Virus record (IMG/VR): IMGVR_UViG_3300044742_000375
Origin: a virus
Direction: 5' to 3' (one strand)
DNA length: 64,000 bases
Positions 25,074 to 35,900 of the stretch are shown in pieces. Position 1 is the first letter of the stretch. Each line of letters begins with the position of its first letter. The position numbers and the translations under genes are program-made. A model generated the notes under the pieces. It saw only the letters and a list, made by a program, of their open reading frames with translations, was not told the DNA's origin and ran no database searches.

Positions 25074-25244
25074 CTATCCCTGAATGACAAACCCGAAGAC
25101 GCGCCACCCCAACAAGAACATGAGAACGACGAACACCCATCCATTGTAGTTCGTCCAGTAGACCTGCCCGCCGGGCGTGCGCCCCCAGGCTCCGAAGATG
25201 ACGGCGATCACGAAGATCACCCAGAACAACAGCCCGATGCTCAT
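25074..25244 (-). CDS. small two-TM membrane protein (56 aa)
   Basis: below cutoff; AGGAG 8 nt upstream; MSIGLLFWVIFVIAVIFGAW...WVFVVLMFLLGWRVFGFVIQG. Confidence 0.45.
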   Translation of the reverse strand: MSIGLLFWVIFVIAVIFGAWGRTPGGQVYWTNYNGWVFVVLMFLLGWRVFGFVIQG

Positions 25245-25256
25245 CACATGCTCCTG

Positions 25257-28200
25257 TCAGTGGTTGGCGAACGCGCCGTACTCCATGAGTTGACGCTCGC
25301 TCGACTTCGGCAACCTCAGGCCGAACGCGCCCGGATGGAGCTTGCCCTTCCGCCGCTCGTTGAGTTGCTGCAACAGCTGGTCCCTGGTGATCTTCGACCC
25401 CAGGTTGACCTCCCGGCTCGCGTTGTACTGGGCGATCTCGGACCATACCGCCGCGCGGTCTCCAGGGTCCGCCTCCAGCCAGCGTCGCACGAGCCTGCTC
25501 CGCGTGTCGGCCACCTGCTGACGGGCCTGCACGATGGCCTGACGGCCCTCCCGTGCCTCGGTCACGCGCGAGGGGGCGAAACCCAGGGCCTGATAGCCGA
25601 CGTCCAGGGGACTGATCTTTTCCGGGGCCAGGATCTCCTTGCCGCGCGGGTCGACCACGCCACGGTCGGCCAGCAAGCCCGCCTTGATCGGATCACGGAC
25701 GATACGCGGGAGAGCCACGGCGGCACCCGAGGCCATGTCGTGAAGCCCGCCGGACAACCCGCCCTGGAGCATCTTCATGAACCCGCTCGCCACGTTGACC
25801 GCCGCCCCGCCGGGCGAGCCGAGGACGAAGGTTCCGGCGGCTTCCACGAAGTCCTTGGGCGCGTAGCCGTTCAGTTGCGGCAGGTTGAACATGTTGTTCA
25901 CGCCCAGCCGGTGCTGCATGTCCACGCCGAACGCGTGCGGCACGCCCGCGCCGACGACCTCGCCCAGCGTGGGACCCATGGTGTCGGCCAGCCACGACCG
26001 CATCGCGGACATGCGCTCCTTGGGCGTGTGTCCCGTCATCAGATCGTAAGCACCGCCGAGGTAGCGGACCGGGTCCGCCAGCCACGTCAGCGCGCCCGCC
26101 GCCAGCGAGTGCATCATGATCGTGCCAGCGAACTGCTTGGCCGCTTCGATACGCACCGCCTTGTCGACGCCTGGGCCGAACGAGTTGCGCATCATGTTGG
26201 CGATCAGCCAGCTTTCGTTCAGCCCGTACATCTTGAACTGCATGATCGCCGGGGCGGCTCCCTTGAGCGAACCTTTCTCCGTGGTGATGCGCGCCCGGTT
26301 GGTGGACGAGTAGTTGGGGGCCTTGCGCAATGTGTCCTCCGCGAAGTTGATCGCGTCGGGGACGGACACGCCCTTGCCACGCGCGGTTCTGAACGCGGCC
26401 ATCGTGCCCGCGATGCGGCCCATCTCGTCGGTGGCCTGGGTCAGGGCGCTGGAGATTTCCAGGAAGCGGTCCCACGCCCCGCCCAGCTTGGTGGGGCGCG
26501 ACAACTCCCGCAGGAACCCACCCTCGGTGTTACCCCATAGCCCGTTCGCTTCGAAGTGTTTGAACAGCGCGTCGACTTCACTACGGTCGTAACCCCTGTC
26601 CAGGAACCGTTGTCGGGCGATCTCGGTGAACTTGTAGTTGGCCGAACTGAGCGGCTTGCCGATCAGCGCGTCGATGGTGTTCTTCCCACCCTTGCCCACC
26701 AGCTGGGGGCCGATGGCCGTGAGCGCCCGGCCCAGTTCCAGCGCGCCGCGCCCGTAACCATATCTCGCCCCGATGAACGTGAGCATCTTCGACGTCATCT
26801 CGTACGTCTCGACCGGGGCGCGAGACAGGCTCAGCAGGTTTTGCGCGTAACCGAACTGCGCGAACCGCCGCGCGATACCCCACCCGCCGGTCTGGTCCAG
26901 TTCATCGCCGCGTTGGAACCGCTTCTGTAATTCGTGGTAGATCCGGTCGCGCGTCGTGTTGTCGGGGTTGCCGGTGTCCCGCCCCTTCTCATCGACGAAA
27001 TGTTTCATCTTCTCGAAGGCGGCGTCCCGCTCACCGCCGTGCATGATGGTGCCGATGCGGCGGCTGGTCGCGCTGACATCGGTGTTGATGGCGCGCGCCA
27101 CGTCCTTGGACGCGCCCGCCACGTAGCGGCGTCTGGCCGTGGCCTTCTCCCAGCCGGACGCGTAACGAAGCTGCAGGTGTCCCGCCATCTCCTCCAGTTG
27201 ATCCGCTTGCGCGCGCGAAAAAGCGGGGTCTCTCCTGACCGCGTCGATCATGTCCTCGACCACGGGCGACAGGCGCCCCTTGTTCTGGGTCACGATCTCA
27301 TGACGTTCGCGCACCGAGCCCACGTCGGCCACGTTGTCGGCGATCTGCTGGGCGCGGAACGCCGCCGCCTCGCTGTGCTTCTCGAAAAACTGCACGCCGT
27401 ATTCGGGGGTGCCGTGCGCGCCGCCATACTCCACGGCGAAGTCACCGTAGCGGCGCATCGGGAAGTAGTCCCCGTCGACGAACCCCATGCGGGTCAGTTT
27501 GGCCATGCCTTTCGCTATGCGTTTGCGCTCGTCGGCGATACCGGCGTTGTCGGGGTCGGCCAGGAACGCGTCGAGGCGGGTCTTGCTCGCCATGGTCATG
27601 CGCATCAGCGCCTTCTCGGCGTCGGTGGCGTTGGGCATGAAGCGGTTGACCAGATTGTCGGCGACCGCCTGACGCTCGAAAGCATATTTCTTGGTCAGGA
27701 AATCACGCGTCTTCGTATACAGCGCCTGCTTCTCGGCGGGCATGGTGTCGAACCGGGTCTGCAACGCCGCCAGCTGGGCGCGATCCTCGGCGCTGGTCAA
27801 ATGTGCATTTTGGGCAAGTTCGCGCGTGCCCAGGGCGGCACGGGCATAGCCCGCGTCGTTCATCAGCGCGGCCACGTCGTCGTGTTTGACGAGTTCGCGG
27901 GTGATCTCGCCCGCCTCGCCAGCGAAGTCCTTGAGGAACCGCTGGCCCGCCACGTCGGCGCGCTCCATCACCGCGCGCACGTCCTTGATGTGGTTGACGT
28001 CACCGTCCTGCATCACGTGACCGAAACTATCGACCATCCGGTCCAGGTGGATGCTCTGCAGCAGGACATGCGCCTTGGCCGCGCCGAGCCGGTCGCCCAC
28101 GGCGTGGTACGCGCGTTCGGCCAGACGGCCCGTGCGCTCCCCGAACGCGTCGCTGGCGGTGCGCGCCATCGGTTCCGCCGCTTCGCGCAACCTCGGTTCC

Positions 28201-31200
28201 ACTGGCAGATGTTTAGCGGCGTCACGCGCCTTCTGAAATTTGGCGCCGTGCTCTATGACTTCCTGGATCGGACGCAACGCGTAGTCGAGCAACGTGTATT
28301 CACTGGCGCTCTTGGGCGCTCCGAAGCCCAGGGACTTACGCACCCAGTGGGTGAAATAGGCCCAGACCGACTTCGCGCCACGCGGTTCGAAGCCAAAGAA
28401 CTTCATGCCCTCGCGGAATCCCGGAGATAAACTTCCCGTCGTCGCCGCCGCCTGGACATGCGGGTTGGTCATGAGTTCCGATACGAGTTCGTGATTATTT
28501 GTCACGGCGTAAGCGACATCGCCAGCTTCAGCCAGATGCGAGTTTTTTGCGCCTCCGATTCGTTTGGCAAGCTCTTCGCGAATAAGATCCAGTGCCTGGA
28601 TATGAAAATGCCACGGCTCGTTCCGTTCCAGATGATGGATATAATTTTGCGTGGCCGAGTGTAACCCCTCGTGGACCATGGTCATGGCCGCGTGCGAGGT
28701 GTTAATTGGTATGTTCTCCACGCTCAACATTATGTGAGGCGGTACGCGTCCTGGTACCCCAGAGACGTCGCTGTATCCCTGTAATTTACCCGTGAAAAAG
28801 TCGTCCCTGAGATCTTCCCCCATCCATTTGAGTCTGAATGTTTCAGCACCGCTGTGCACCGGAAGGTTTGGCGCGAGGCTTATGAGTTTATGCGCCAGTG
28901 TCGCCAGTTCCGGCGCCTCGGCGCGGACCACCGGATCGTTGGCGATGATCCGGTAGGCGTCGTGCGACATGGGCTGCACGCCATTGAATACGGCGTTATC
29001 AAACCAGGCCAGCAGGTTGGCGCCGAGTCGGTGATCGGTCGCCATCTTGTAACCGCGTGACGAACGCGGATCTATTCCGTTGGTGATTGGTAACGGTGGT
29101 TCCGGCGCGGACGAAGTGTCGCGCATCGACGCCTGGACGTTACGCCTACCCATCGCCCCCTTGAGCGCGGCGCGGTCGGCCATGGCCTTGGCTTCGTCGG
29201 AAATAACACCGACAGGATCGACGAGTTCCCTGCGCGCCGCCCTCAATTGTTCAACGCGTTCGAGAGCGAAATCAGCCAGCTTCGCTTCCAGTTTGGCTTC
29301 TCTCGCGTCTTTCCGCGCCACCGCGCGATCATACGCGTCGGTTCCCGGCGTGCCTTTTATCTCCACGCTGACCGACTTGCGCAGAGCTTCCCGATCCTTG
29401 CTCGCGTTCTCTTCGTTGGTGACACGGTTGATCTCGGTATCGAGCGCCTCGGCCATCGTACGGAAACCTTCCGAGCGGGGCCGTCCCATGTTGTTCTTCG
29501 GATCATACTGGGAGGCGGCTTCCGTGGCCGTCGTCGGGTCGGACGTATCGAGGATCTTCTTGATCCAGTCACCCGACGTACGATTGACGTCGGTAGCCTG
29601 GGTAACCTCCTTGTTCTTGGTCTCCAGGCCCATGGTCAGCCCGGCGCTCTCCCCCTCCCCACCACCTACCGCTTTTGTTTCTACGTCTTCGGCTTTGGCC
29701 GGACCCTCCGTCGCGCCGCGTGTTTGTTCTTCTTCGCGAACAACGGAAACTTCGCCGCGCGTGGGCTCCGCGTCGGGGTCGACGACGGCTTCGCCGAACT
29801 TCTTACCGATGTTCTTCTCGTAGTACGCCCTGGCGACTTCCTGCCGCGCCTGAGTAGCGACCTCGGGCTCTCCCGCCCGTGGCTCCATCAGCGCGTGCGT
29901 CATCCTGGTGATGTCTTCGCGCGAACCGTCGGTCAGGTTGACCAGCCGCCCAAGATCCTCGACCGCTTTACGCATGGCCGCGCCCTTGGGCGTGCCGGGC
30001 GGAACCTCGCCAACCACGGTCCGCGTGACGAAACTGATATCTTCCAGCGCCTGATCGCGCGCCAGTTCCGTGGAGCGCGCCGCCTGGGCTTCTTCCGCCG
30101 TCGGCTCGGCTTTCACTTCTTCGGCGACATACGGCTTCGGCTCGTTGGCTTTCCTCTCGATTACTACCGTCGTTGTCTTGGGTGGCTGACGACCCTTGGG
30201 TTTCTCAGCCGCTTTGGGGCCGACCTTTTTTACCGGCGCCTCGACCTCGGTGGAGATGACCGCCTTGGTGGGCGCGGGTGCCTCGACGGGGGGTGGGACG
30301 TGCCCTCTCGTTAGTTCTTCTTGCTCCCGCATGACCCGGTCATAGGTCTCGTTAAGCTCGGCGAGCTTCATCTTACCGGCGTTTTTCACGCCCAGGGTCC
30401 GCAGTTCCTCGCGCTTCCTCTGTGCCTCCTGGGTCTTCGTCTCTTTTCTGGGCGCGGGCGCGCTAACGTTTCGCACTTCTTGACGGGGCTCGGCGACGAG
30501 CGTGGACAAAACCTCTGGCTCAGCGCCGGGTCTGAAATCCCTGGTCGCCGCCGCCTCGCCTTCCAGTTCGGTGACACGGGGCTCGGGGCCAACCCCCGCC
30601 GCTTTATTCTCGGCAACACGGCGTGTAATGCGCAAACCTTCTTTGCCGGTACCGTCCGTGGCCAGGGATGCCGTGCCCCAGGCTTGCCCTTTGGCATCAG
30701 CCAACATGCCATTTTTTATATGCGTTATAGGAACGGTCTTACGACCTTGGTCGGTGACAAGCTCGACCGTGTGCCCGGCGGCGAGCGCCTTCTCGGCTTC
30801 CGCCGTCAGCGCGTCGGCACCCTTTTTCATATCGTAGCCGGTCCCGGCGAACTTACCCTCGCCCTCACCAGCGCTGCCCGCTTTAAGCAGCCATGCCCGG
30901 TCCAGGACAGTGGTGGCGGGCTCAACCCCCGCCGACGCCGAAGGGAGTGAATTCTCCGTCGCCGACGGGGCACTACTGTCTCGCCGGGGCGTGACCGCTT
31001 CGCCAGTAGTGGAGGTTACTCCTGTAGTATCCGGAGGAGTCCCTGTCGATGCGCCGCGCTCGGCTTCGACGCGGGCCAGACGTATGCGCAGCCGGTCCGC
31101 CGACTCGTTGGGGTTGACGGTCTCGCCATGCGTTCTCAGCGCGTCGATCAAATCGGTCTTCTTCATCGACGCGTAGGCGCTGATGTCGGGCGCGGGCGTG

Positions 31201-32906
31201 CGTGGCGGCGGGGGCGTGGGGCCTGGGGGCGGCGGCGTGGGGCCTGGGGGCGGCGGCGTGGGACCTGGGGGCGTGGGACCTGGGGGCGGCGGCGTGGGAC
31301 CTGGGGGCGGCTCGACGGCCGTGGTGGGTGGCGGTGGCTCACGCGGGAACATCTCACCCTGCGTGGGCGGCGGTTGCGTGATGCGCACACCGGGATCAAA
31401 CAGCCCGCCTTGTTGCGCTTCGGGCGGCATGCCCGGCTGGACACCCGTGATGATCGGCTGGCGCGGAGCCAGACCAGTTTCGGCGCCGCTGAACATCTCT
31501 CCTTGCGGAGACATGCCGGAAAACTCCATCTGGCCGGGCGTACGCGGGTCGGGTGGAGGCGGCGGGGGCATGGGTGACGTGGGCGGCTCGGGCGGCTCGG
31601 GCGGCTCGGACGGCGGCAACGCCGCGTCCAACGCCCCGGCCACGTCGGGAGACACGTCCGGCGTGGGCCGGGCACGCGGTCTGGGCGGATGGATGGCACC
31701 GAACACCATGCCAAGACCCGCGCCGCCAAGACCCGCCGCCACGGCGTTGGCGCGGATCGCGTCGGTGTCGTAACCTTCACGGATACCAATGCCCTGCTCG
31801 GCCTGTTGGCCCAGCGCGGTGGTGACCCCGGCCTGCCCGGCCATGAGCCCGCCCATCTCGGTGGCGCCCACGGCGGCGCCCAAAGCGCGGTTCCTGAGAC
31901 CCGTGCTGGCGATGGGCGACGCCGCGCCGCGCGCCAGGATGCTGGTAGCGCCCGCGCCCGCCAGCCCACCCACTCCAAACGCCTGGAGCGCCATGGGCGG
32001 GATGGTTTGCTTGATGAGTTCGGCCTTGGCCGCTTCGTCGGAGTAACCGCCACGCCGGAATTCGGCGTAAGCGGGCGACTTCATCATCTCCGCTTCCGAC
32101 GCGTGCTTCACCACGTCGGCGACACTGTTGTAAAGCACGCCCATGTTCTGCGCGCCGCCCTGCAACGCCGACTCGCCGACACCGAAGCCCGTGCCCACCG
32201 CCTTGGCGGTCTTCGCCACCGCGCCCAGCGACGACATGACCTTGGTGGCGAGCTTGGCGGTGACCGTGGCGGGGAGCAGCGCCAGCACGACCGTCGGCAC
32301 CATCGCCATCGTATTGTAATGGAAATAGTTGAACCACCCGACTTCGCCGGGGGACGGGATGTGATTGCCCTTGGCGTCGGTGCCGCCGCCGAACAACGAC
32401 ATCAGGCTGGCGGACATGATCTTTTGCAGTTTCGGGTCCGAAAACCCCCTGGCGACCTCCGCGTCCAGCGACTCGCGCTGCCGTTCGATCCAGGTTTTCG
32501 TTTCAGGATCGGATGAGAGTTGCTGCTCCGCGAACCGCGCCGCGCCCATGATGTCGGCGGCGTTGGACAGCACGCCCTGCCACATCACCGAGCCGGTATT
32601 CTCAGCCAGTTGCCCGAGCCAGCCTTTCTCGGGCGGCGGTGGCGCGGGCCGTCCGTACACCGCCAAAGGTTTCGCGTTCGGATCAATGTCGGCGAACGAC
32701 GGGCGCGGCTGCGCGCGAACCGCCAGCGGCGTCGGCGGCGCGGCGCGCGTCAGGCCAGTGCGTTGCGGCAGCGCGTAACCACCCGGAGAAGGCTGGATCT
32801 GTTGGAGTTCTCGCCGGTCCGCGAGATCCTGTTCCTGGGCCAGGGCGGACCCACCCTCTTCCGGCGCGTTTAATACGGTAGTATCGCCCTCGTCATCATA
32901 TGCCAT
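25257..32906 (-). CDS. giant (2549 aa) virion-associated polyvalent-type protein with zincin-like HExxH motif
   Basis: track ORF; HEGLH at 28659-28673; N-terminal Gly-rich hydrophobic segments; PGPTPPPP repeats; two HeH/SAP-like motifs (MKKTDLIDALRTHG, KMKLAELNETY); position after the SLT protein. Confidence 0.85.
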   Translation of the reverse strand: MAYDDEGDTTVLNAPEEGGSALAQEQDLADRRELQQIQPSPGGYALPQRTGLTRAAPPTPLAVRAQPRPSFADIDPNAKPLAVYGRPAPPPPEKGWLGQLAENTGSVMWQGVLSNAADIMGAARFAEQQLSSDPETKTWIERQRESLDAEVARGFSDPKLQKIMSASLMSLFGGGTDAKGNHIPSPGEVGWFNYFHYNTMAMVPTVVLALLPATVTAKLATKVMSSLGAVAKTAKAVGTGFGVGESALQGGAQNMGVLYNSVADVVKHASEAEMMKSPAYAEFRRGGYSDEAAKAELIKQTIPPMALQAFGVGGLAGAGATSILARGAASPIASTGLRNRALGAAVGATEMGGLMAGQAGVTTALGQQAEQGIGIREGYDTDAIRANAVAAGLGGAGLGMVFGAIHPPRPRARPTPDVSPDVAGALDAALPPSEPPEPPEPPTSPMPPPPPPDPRTPGQMEFSGMSPQGEMFSGAETGLAPRQPIITGVQPGMPPEAQQGGLFDPGVRITQPPPTQGEMFPREPPPPTTAVEPPPGPTPPPPGPTPPGPTPPPPGPTPPPPGPTPPPPRTPAPDISAYASMKKTDLIDALRTHGETVNPNESADRLRIRLARVEAERGASTGTPPDTTGVTSTTGEAVTPRRDSSAPSATENSLPSASAGVEPATTVLDRAWLLKAGSAGEGEGKFAGTGYDMKKGADALTAEAEKALAAGHTVELVTDQGRKTVPITHIKNGMLADAKGQAWGTASLATDGTGKEGLRITRRVAENKAAGVGPEPRVTELEGEAAATRDFRPGAEPEVLSTLVAEPRQEVRNVSAPAPRKETKTQEAQRKREELRTLGVKNAGKMKLAELNETYDRVMREQEELTRGHVPPPVEAPAPTKAVISTEVEAPVKKVGPKAAEKPKGRQPPKTTTVVIERKANEPKPYVAEEVKAEPTAEEAQAARSTELARDQALEDISFVTRTVVGEVPPGTPKGAAMRKAVEDLGRLVNLTDGSREDITRMTHALMEPRAGEPEVATQARQEVARAYYEKNIGKKFGEAVVDPDAEPTRGEVSVVREEEQTRGATEGPAKAEDVETKAVGGGEGESAGLTMGLETKNKEVTQATDVNRTSGDWIKKILDTSDPTTATEAASQYDPKNNMGRPRSEGFRTMAEALDTEINRVTNEENASKDREALRKSVSVEIKGTPGTDAYDRAVARKDAREAKLEAKLADFALERVEQLRAARRELVDPVGVISDEAKAMADRAALKGAMGRRNVQASMRDTSSAPEPPLPITNGIDPRSSRGYKMATDHRLGANLLAWFDNAVFNGVQPMSHDAYRIIANDPVVRAEAPELATLAHKLISLAPNLPVHSGAETFRLKWMGEDLRDDFFTGKLQGYSDVSGVPGRVPPHIMLSVENIPINTSHAAMTMVHEGLHSATQNYIHHLERNEPWHFHIQALDLIREELAKRIGGAKNSHLAEAGDVAYAVTNNHELVSELMTNPHVQAAATTGSLSPGFREGMKFFGFEPRGAKSVWAYFTHWVRKSLGFGAPKSASEYTLLDYALRPIQEVIEHGAKFQKARDAAKHLPVEPRLREAAEPMARTASDAFGERTGRLAERAYHAVGDRLGAAKAHVLLQSIHLDRMVDSFGHVMQDGDVNHIKDVRAVMERADVAGQRFLKDFAGEAGEITRELVKHDDVAALMNDAGYARAALGTRELAQNAHLTSAEDRAQLAALQTRFDTMPAEKQALYTKTRDFLTKKYAFERQAVADNLVNRFMPNATDAEKALMRMTMASKTRLDAFLADPDNAGIADERKRIAKGMAKLTRMGFVDGDYFPMRRYGDFAVEYGGAHGTPEYGVQFFEKHSEAAAFRAQQIADNVADVGSVRERHEIVTQNKGRLSPVVEDMIDAVRRDPAFSRAQADQLEEMAGHLQLRYASGWEKATARRRYVAGASKDVARAINTDVSATSRRIGTIMHGGERDAAFEKMKHFVDEKGRDTGNPDNTTRDRIYHELQKRFQRGDELDQTGGWGIARRFAQFGYAQNLLSLSRAPVETYEMTSKMLTFIGARYGYGRGALELGRALTAIGPQLVGKGGKNTIDALIGKPLSSANYKFTEIARQRFLDRGYDRSEVDALFKHFEANGLWGNTEGGFLRELSRPTKLGGAWDRFLEISSALTQATDEMGRIAGTMAAFRTARGKGVSVPDAINFAEDTLRKAPNYSSTNRARITTEKGSLKGAAPAIMQFKMYGLNESWLIANMMRNSFGPGVDKAVRIEAAKQFAGTIMMHSLAAGALTWLADPVRYLGGAYDLMTGHTPKERMSAMRSWLADTMGPTLGEVVGAGVPHAFGVDMQHRLGVNNMFNLPQLNGYAPKDFVEAAGTFVLGSPGGAAVNVASGFMKMLQGGLSGGLHDMASGAAVALPRIVRDPIKAGLLADRGVVDPRGKEILAPEKISPLDVGYQALGFAPSRVTEAREGRQAIVQARQQVADTRSRLVRRWLEADPGDRAAVWSEIAQYNASREVNLGSKITRDQLLQQLNERRKGKLHPGAFGLRLPKSSERQLMEYGAFANH
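31205..31311. repeat. tandem 24-nt-type repeats encoding (P)PPGPTPP units
   Basis: GGCGGCGTGGG(G/A)CCTGGGGGC iterated about 4-5 times on plus strand. Confidence 0.8.
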
Positions 32907-32909
32907 GGT

Positions 32910-35900
32910 TCATGCCGCCCTGGATAAACCCTGCCTCGGTAACGCCGACATATTACCCATCGGATCAGTAAGCGGCACGGAAGGCGCGTTGGTGTTCATG
33001 GGTGGCGGCGGTTTCGCTGGCGTCAGCGCGGGCGCGGGCGATGGGACGGGCGGCGCCACGTTGGGAGCACCCTGTAAGGGCGCCGACCCGGCCAACCCCA
33101 GCAACGGTTTGATAAGTTCGCCCTGCTCATACGAGAGCGGCGCGGTGCCCACGTTCTTACCCTGCTTGTCTCTGACGGCGTACACGGGGGGCTTACCGGG
33201 CTGGGTCGCCATGAGGGCCAGGTCGTATTTACCAGCGGCCAGCCCATCCGCGTACATCTTGGCGGATGCCTGGCTCATATCGCCGCCGCCTTGCGATGGG
33301 ACCTTACGGATCTGCCGGTAGATATCAGCCGCGCGTTCGTATTCACCTTCGGGCGCGTCTTTAGGACGTTCCGATGGCGGATAGGCTTTTTCAACATCCG
33401 CTTCAAGCGCGGTGTTACGTTCGGCCCTGAGCGCGGCTGTTTCCTGCTGATGCCGTTCGGCCTGCTCGGTTCGCTCCCGTATGCCCTGCTGACGCAGATG
33501 CTCTTTCTCGATACCGGCGCGGACCTGTTCCTCCTTGATGCCCGGCAGTTGCTTGTAATACTCCGTATGCGCCCTATCCAATTCCATCTTGGCGTTTTCT
33601 TTTTGGTGGGCCTGCAATGTTTTCACGTAGGTGACCGGGTTCTGCAATCCGATGATCTGCTTCGCGATGTCTTCGTGCGTGACCTGGAACGGCTGACCCA
33701 CGGGGGTTCCGTTTCTGTCCGACAACCGATAAGCCCAGATGTTGCCTTTGTTGTCGGCACCGAAACGAGCATAGGTGCCGTCGGGGAAGAACGCGTGCGC
33801 CTTGGCGAGGTAGCCAATCGCCGTCTGGGGGTCCTTGCTCATGATCGCCTGATCGGCGGCGATCAGGTTCGACACCGTGCCCTGCTGGCTCATTTGCGCG
33901 ACCCACTCGCCCGCCATGCCCGCCTGTTCGGGATGCCCGCTGATGATGAGGTAGCTCTCCAGAGCTGATTGAGCCGCGCGCCAGCGGTCGGACATGCCCA
34001 GTCCCGCCGGTCCCGTCTCGACCAACCCACGTAACAACCCGTCGGGCCCCTCGGCCTGAGCGCGCTGGTACAAGGCCACCGCGTCATAATTTTTATGGTT
34101 GCCACTGACCGCCGTGATGGGGATGTCCGCCAGTTTCGAACCGGGGAACATTTTCATCATGTCGACGACCTGACTTTTTTGTTCCGGACCCTGCGCGGCG
34201 TAACCATCGAAACCGTGTTTGGCGACACCGTTCAGGAAATCATAGCCGCCACGGTACACCATGGCGTTTTGCAACGTATCGGAACCCAGGCCCTGATCGA
34301 GTGCCTGTGTCTTATAGAGCCGCACGCCCAGCCGGATGTTCTGCTCCGGGTCGCGCCAGTCCAGTTCTCCACGGGGGTCTATGCTGCGTCGCGTACCGTC
34401 AATGATTTGTACAAGCCCCTTGGCGCTGGATGTGTATCCCGCCGCGCTCGTGCCGTGACTGATGGCGTTGTTCCAACCGGCGTTCTCCCGCCCGATGGTG
34501 GCGAGCATGAATTCGGGGGAGACGATACCCTGGGCGCCTTCCGCCGCGATGGCGCGCTCGACCATGGCGAGGCGTTCCGGATACCGCGTCTTCGTGTTGT
34601 TGTAGTGGCTCATGTCCACGGGCGGGGCCAGCGCGGGCGGCGTCCCCTCGGATTGCAGGACCTTGCCGCCGGTCCCCGCCACGGCGACCGGCGCGGGCGG
34701 CGGATGCGTGGGTGGGTTCTTATCCACGGTGGGGGGTTGCGCGGGCGTGATGCCCGTGGGTTGCGCGGGCGCGGGCGCGGGGGGTTGCCCGTACGCCGAT
34801 TGCGTCGGCGTCGGCGCGGGCGCGTTGGGGTCGCCCTGGCCCACCGGACGGGCGGGCGTGATCTCGGCGGCCTGGGCCGAACCCATGGGGTTGATCATGC
34901 TCAGGATGCGCCCACCCAACGAGGACGCTCCACCCATCGGCGTGGCCGGTGACGGCGCGGGGGGCGGGACCGACGTGGGGGGTGTCGCCTGGGCCGGGGA
35001 GTAAGGCTGGGGCGGCGGCAGGCCGCGTGGGTCTTGCTGTTGGGGTGGTGAGATAAACCCGCCGGGCTGGCGGCTCGGGATGGGCTCGGTACCGGGAGCC
35101 ATGACGGGCGGCGGGGGTTGGTAAGGTTGCGCGACGTCCGCCGGGGGAACGGCGGGCTGCGGCATCGTGTATGACGGAACACGCGGGTCTTGCTGTGGCG
35201 GCGGCGTATAAGGTCCGCCTGGCTGACGGCTCGGTATCGGCTCATTGGTGGGAGCCATGACGGATGGAGGCGCGGGTACGGGCTGCAACGAAGCTCCGAC
35301 CGGCTGGTTGGTTATCGCGCTGGGACCGCCACCCGCGCCCACGGTGGCGCCAACCGGCCTGTTGGTAGGCGTCATGGGCCAGGGCGGCGTACGTGTCGGG
35401 TCCGGCACCGCCCCGTGCGCGTCCACATCGGACTGTACGCCGGGGGACGGCGCGTTGAACTGACGCGCGTAACCAAGCGCGGCACGGTCAGGCATCTGAG
35501 CGGGGCCGGTGGGCTGCGGCTGAGTAGGCCCGTAAGCCGGGTCACGAGCCATGGCGCGCCGCGCCTGATGTTCCGCCAGCGCGCGGTCGACATCGGCTTG
35601 CGACGTCTCCTGGGGATGTAATGTCTGCGTACCGACGGGATTATACGGGTCCCATGGGTAGAGCGCGCGCGGCACGCCACCCACCATGGGCGTGCGCGGA
35701 TACCCGCCTCCCGTGATCCACGGATCGTTCTCCGTGCCCGCCGCGCTACGGTTTTGCCCCCGGAACGACGGGGCGATATCGCCCTCGGTCAGGGGTGCCG
35801 GTGGGTAAGCGGGTTCGGGCGGACGCGTCAGGATATCCGGTTTGGCTTCCGGCGCCGCCGTGGGCGTGGGGGCGGGCGTGGGGGCGGGTAGCGCCGTCGT

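Noticed and set aside
25014-26540. Long ORFs antisense or out of frame to annotated genes. Examples: 25014-26540, 26934-28430, 29247-30314, 39573-40901, 52102-53712, 53735-55732, 21489-22838, 10488-11522, 16183-16935, 24481-25446, 61689-62627, 45137-46159 and 44187-45047.
   Set aside because: Their products are Arg/Gly/Pro/His-rich and of low complexity. They lack RBSs and lie opposite genes with clear domain motifs and high GC3. This is the typical stop-codon-poor shadow-frame artefact of GC-rich DNA.
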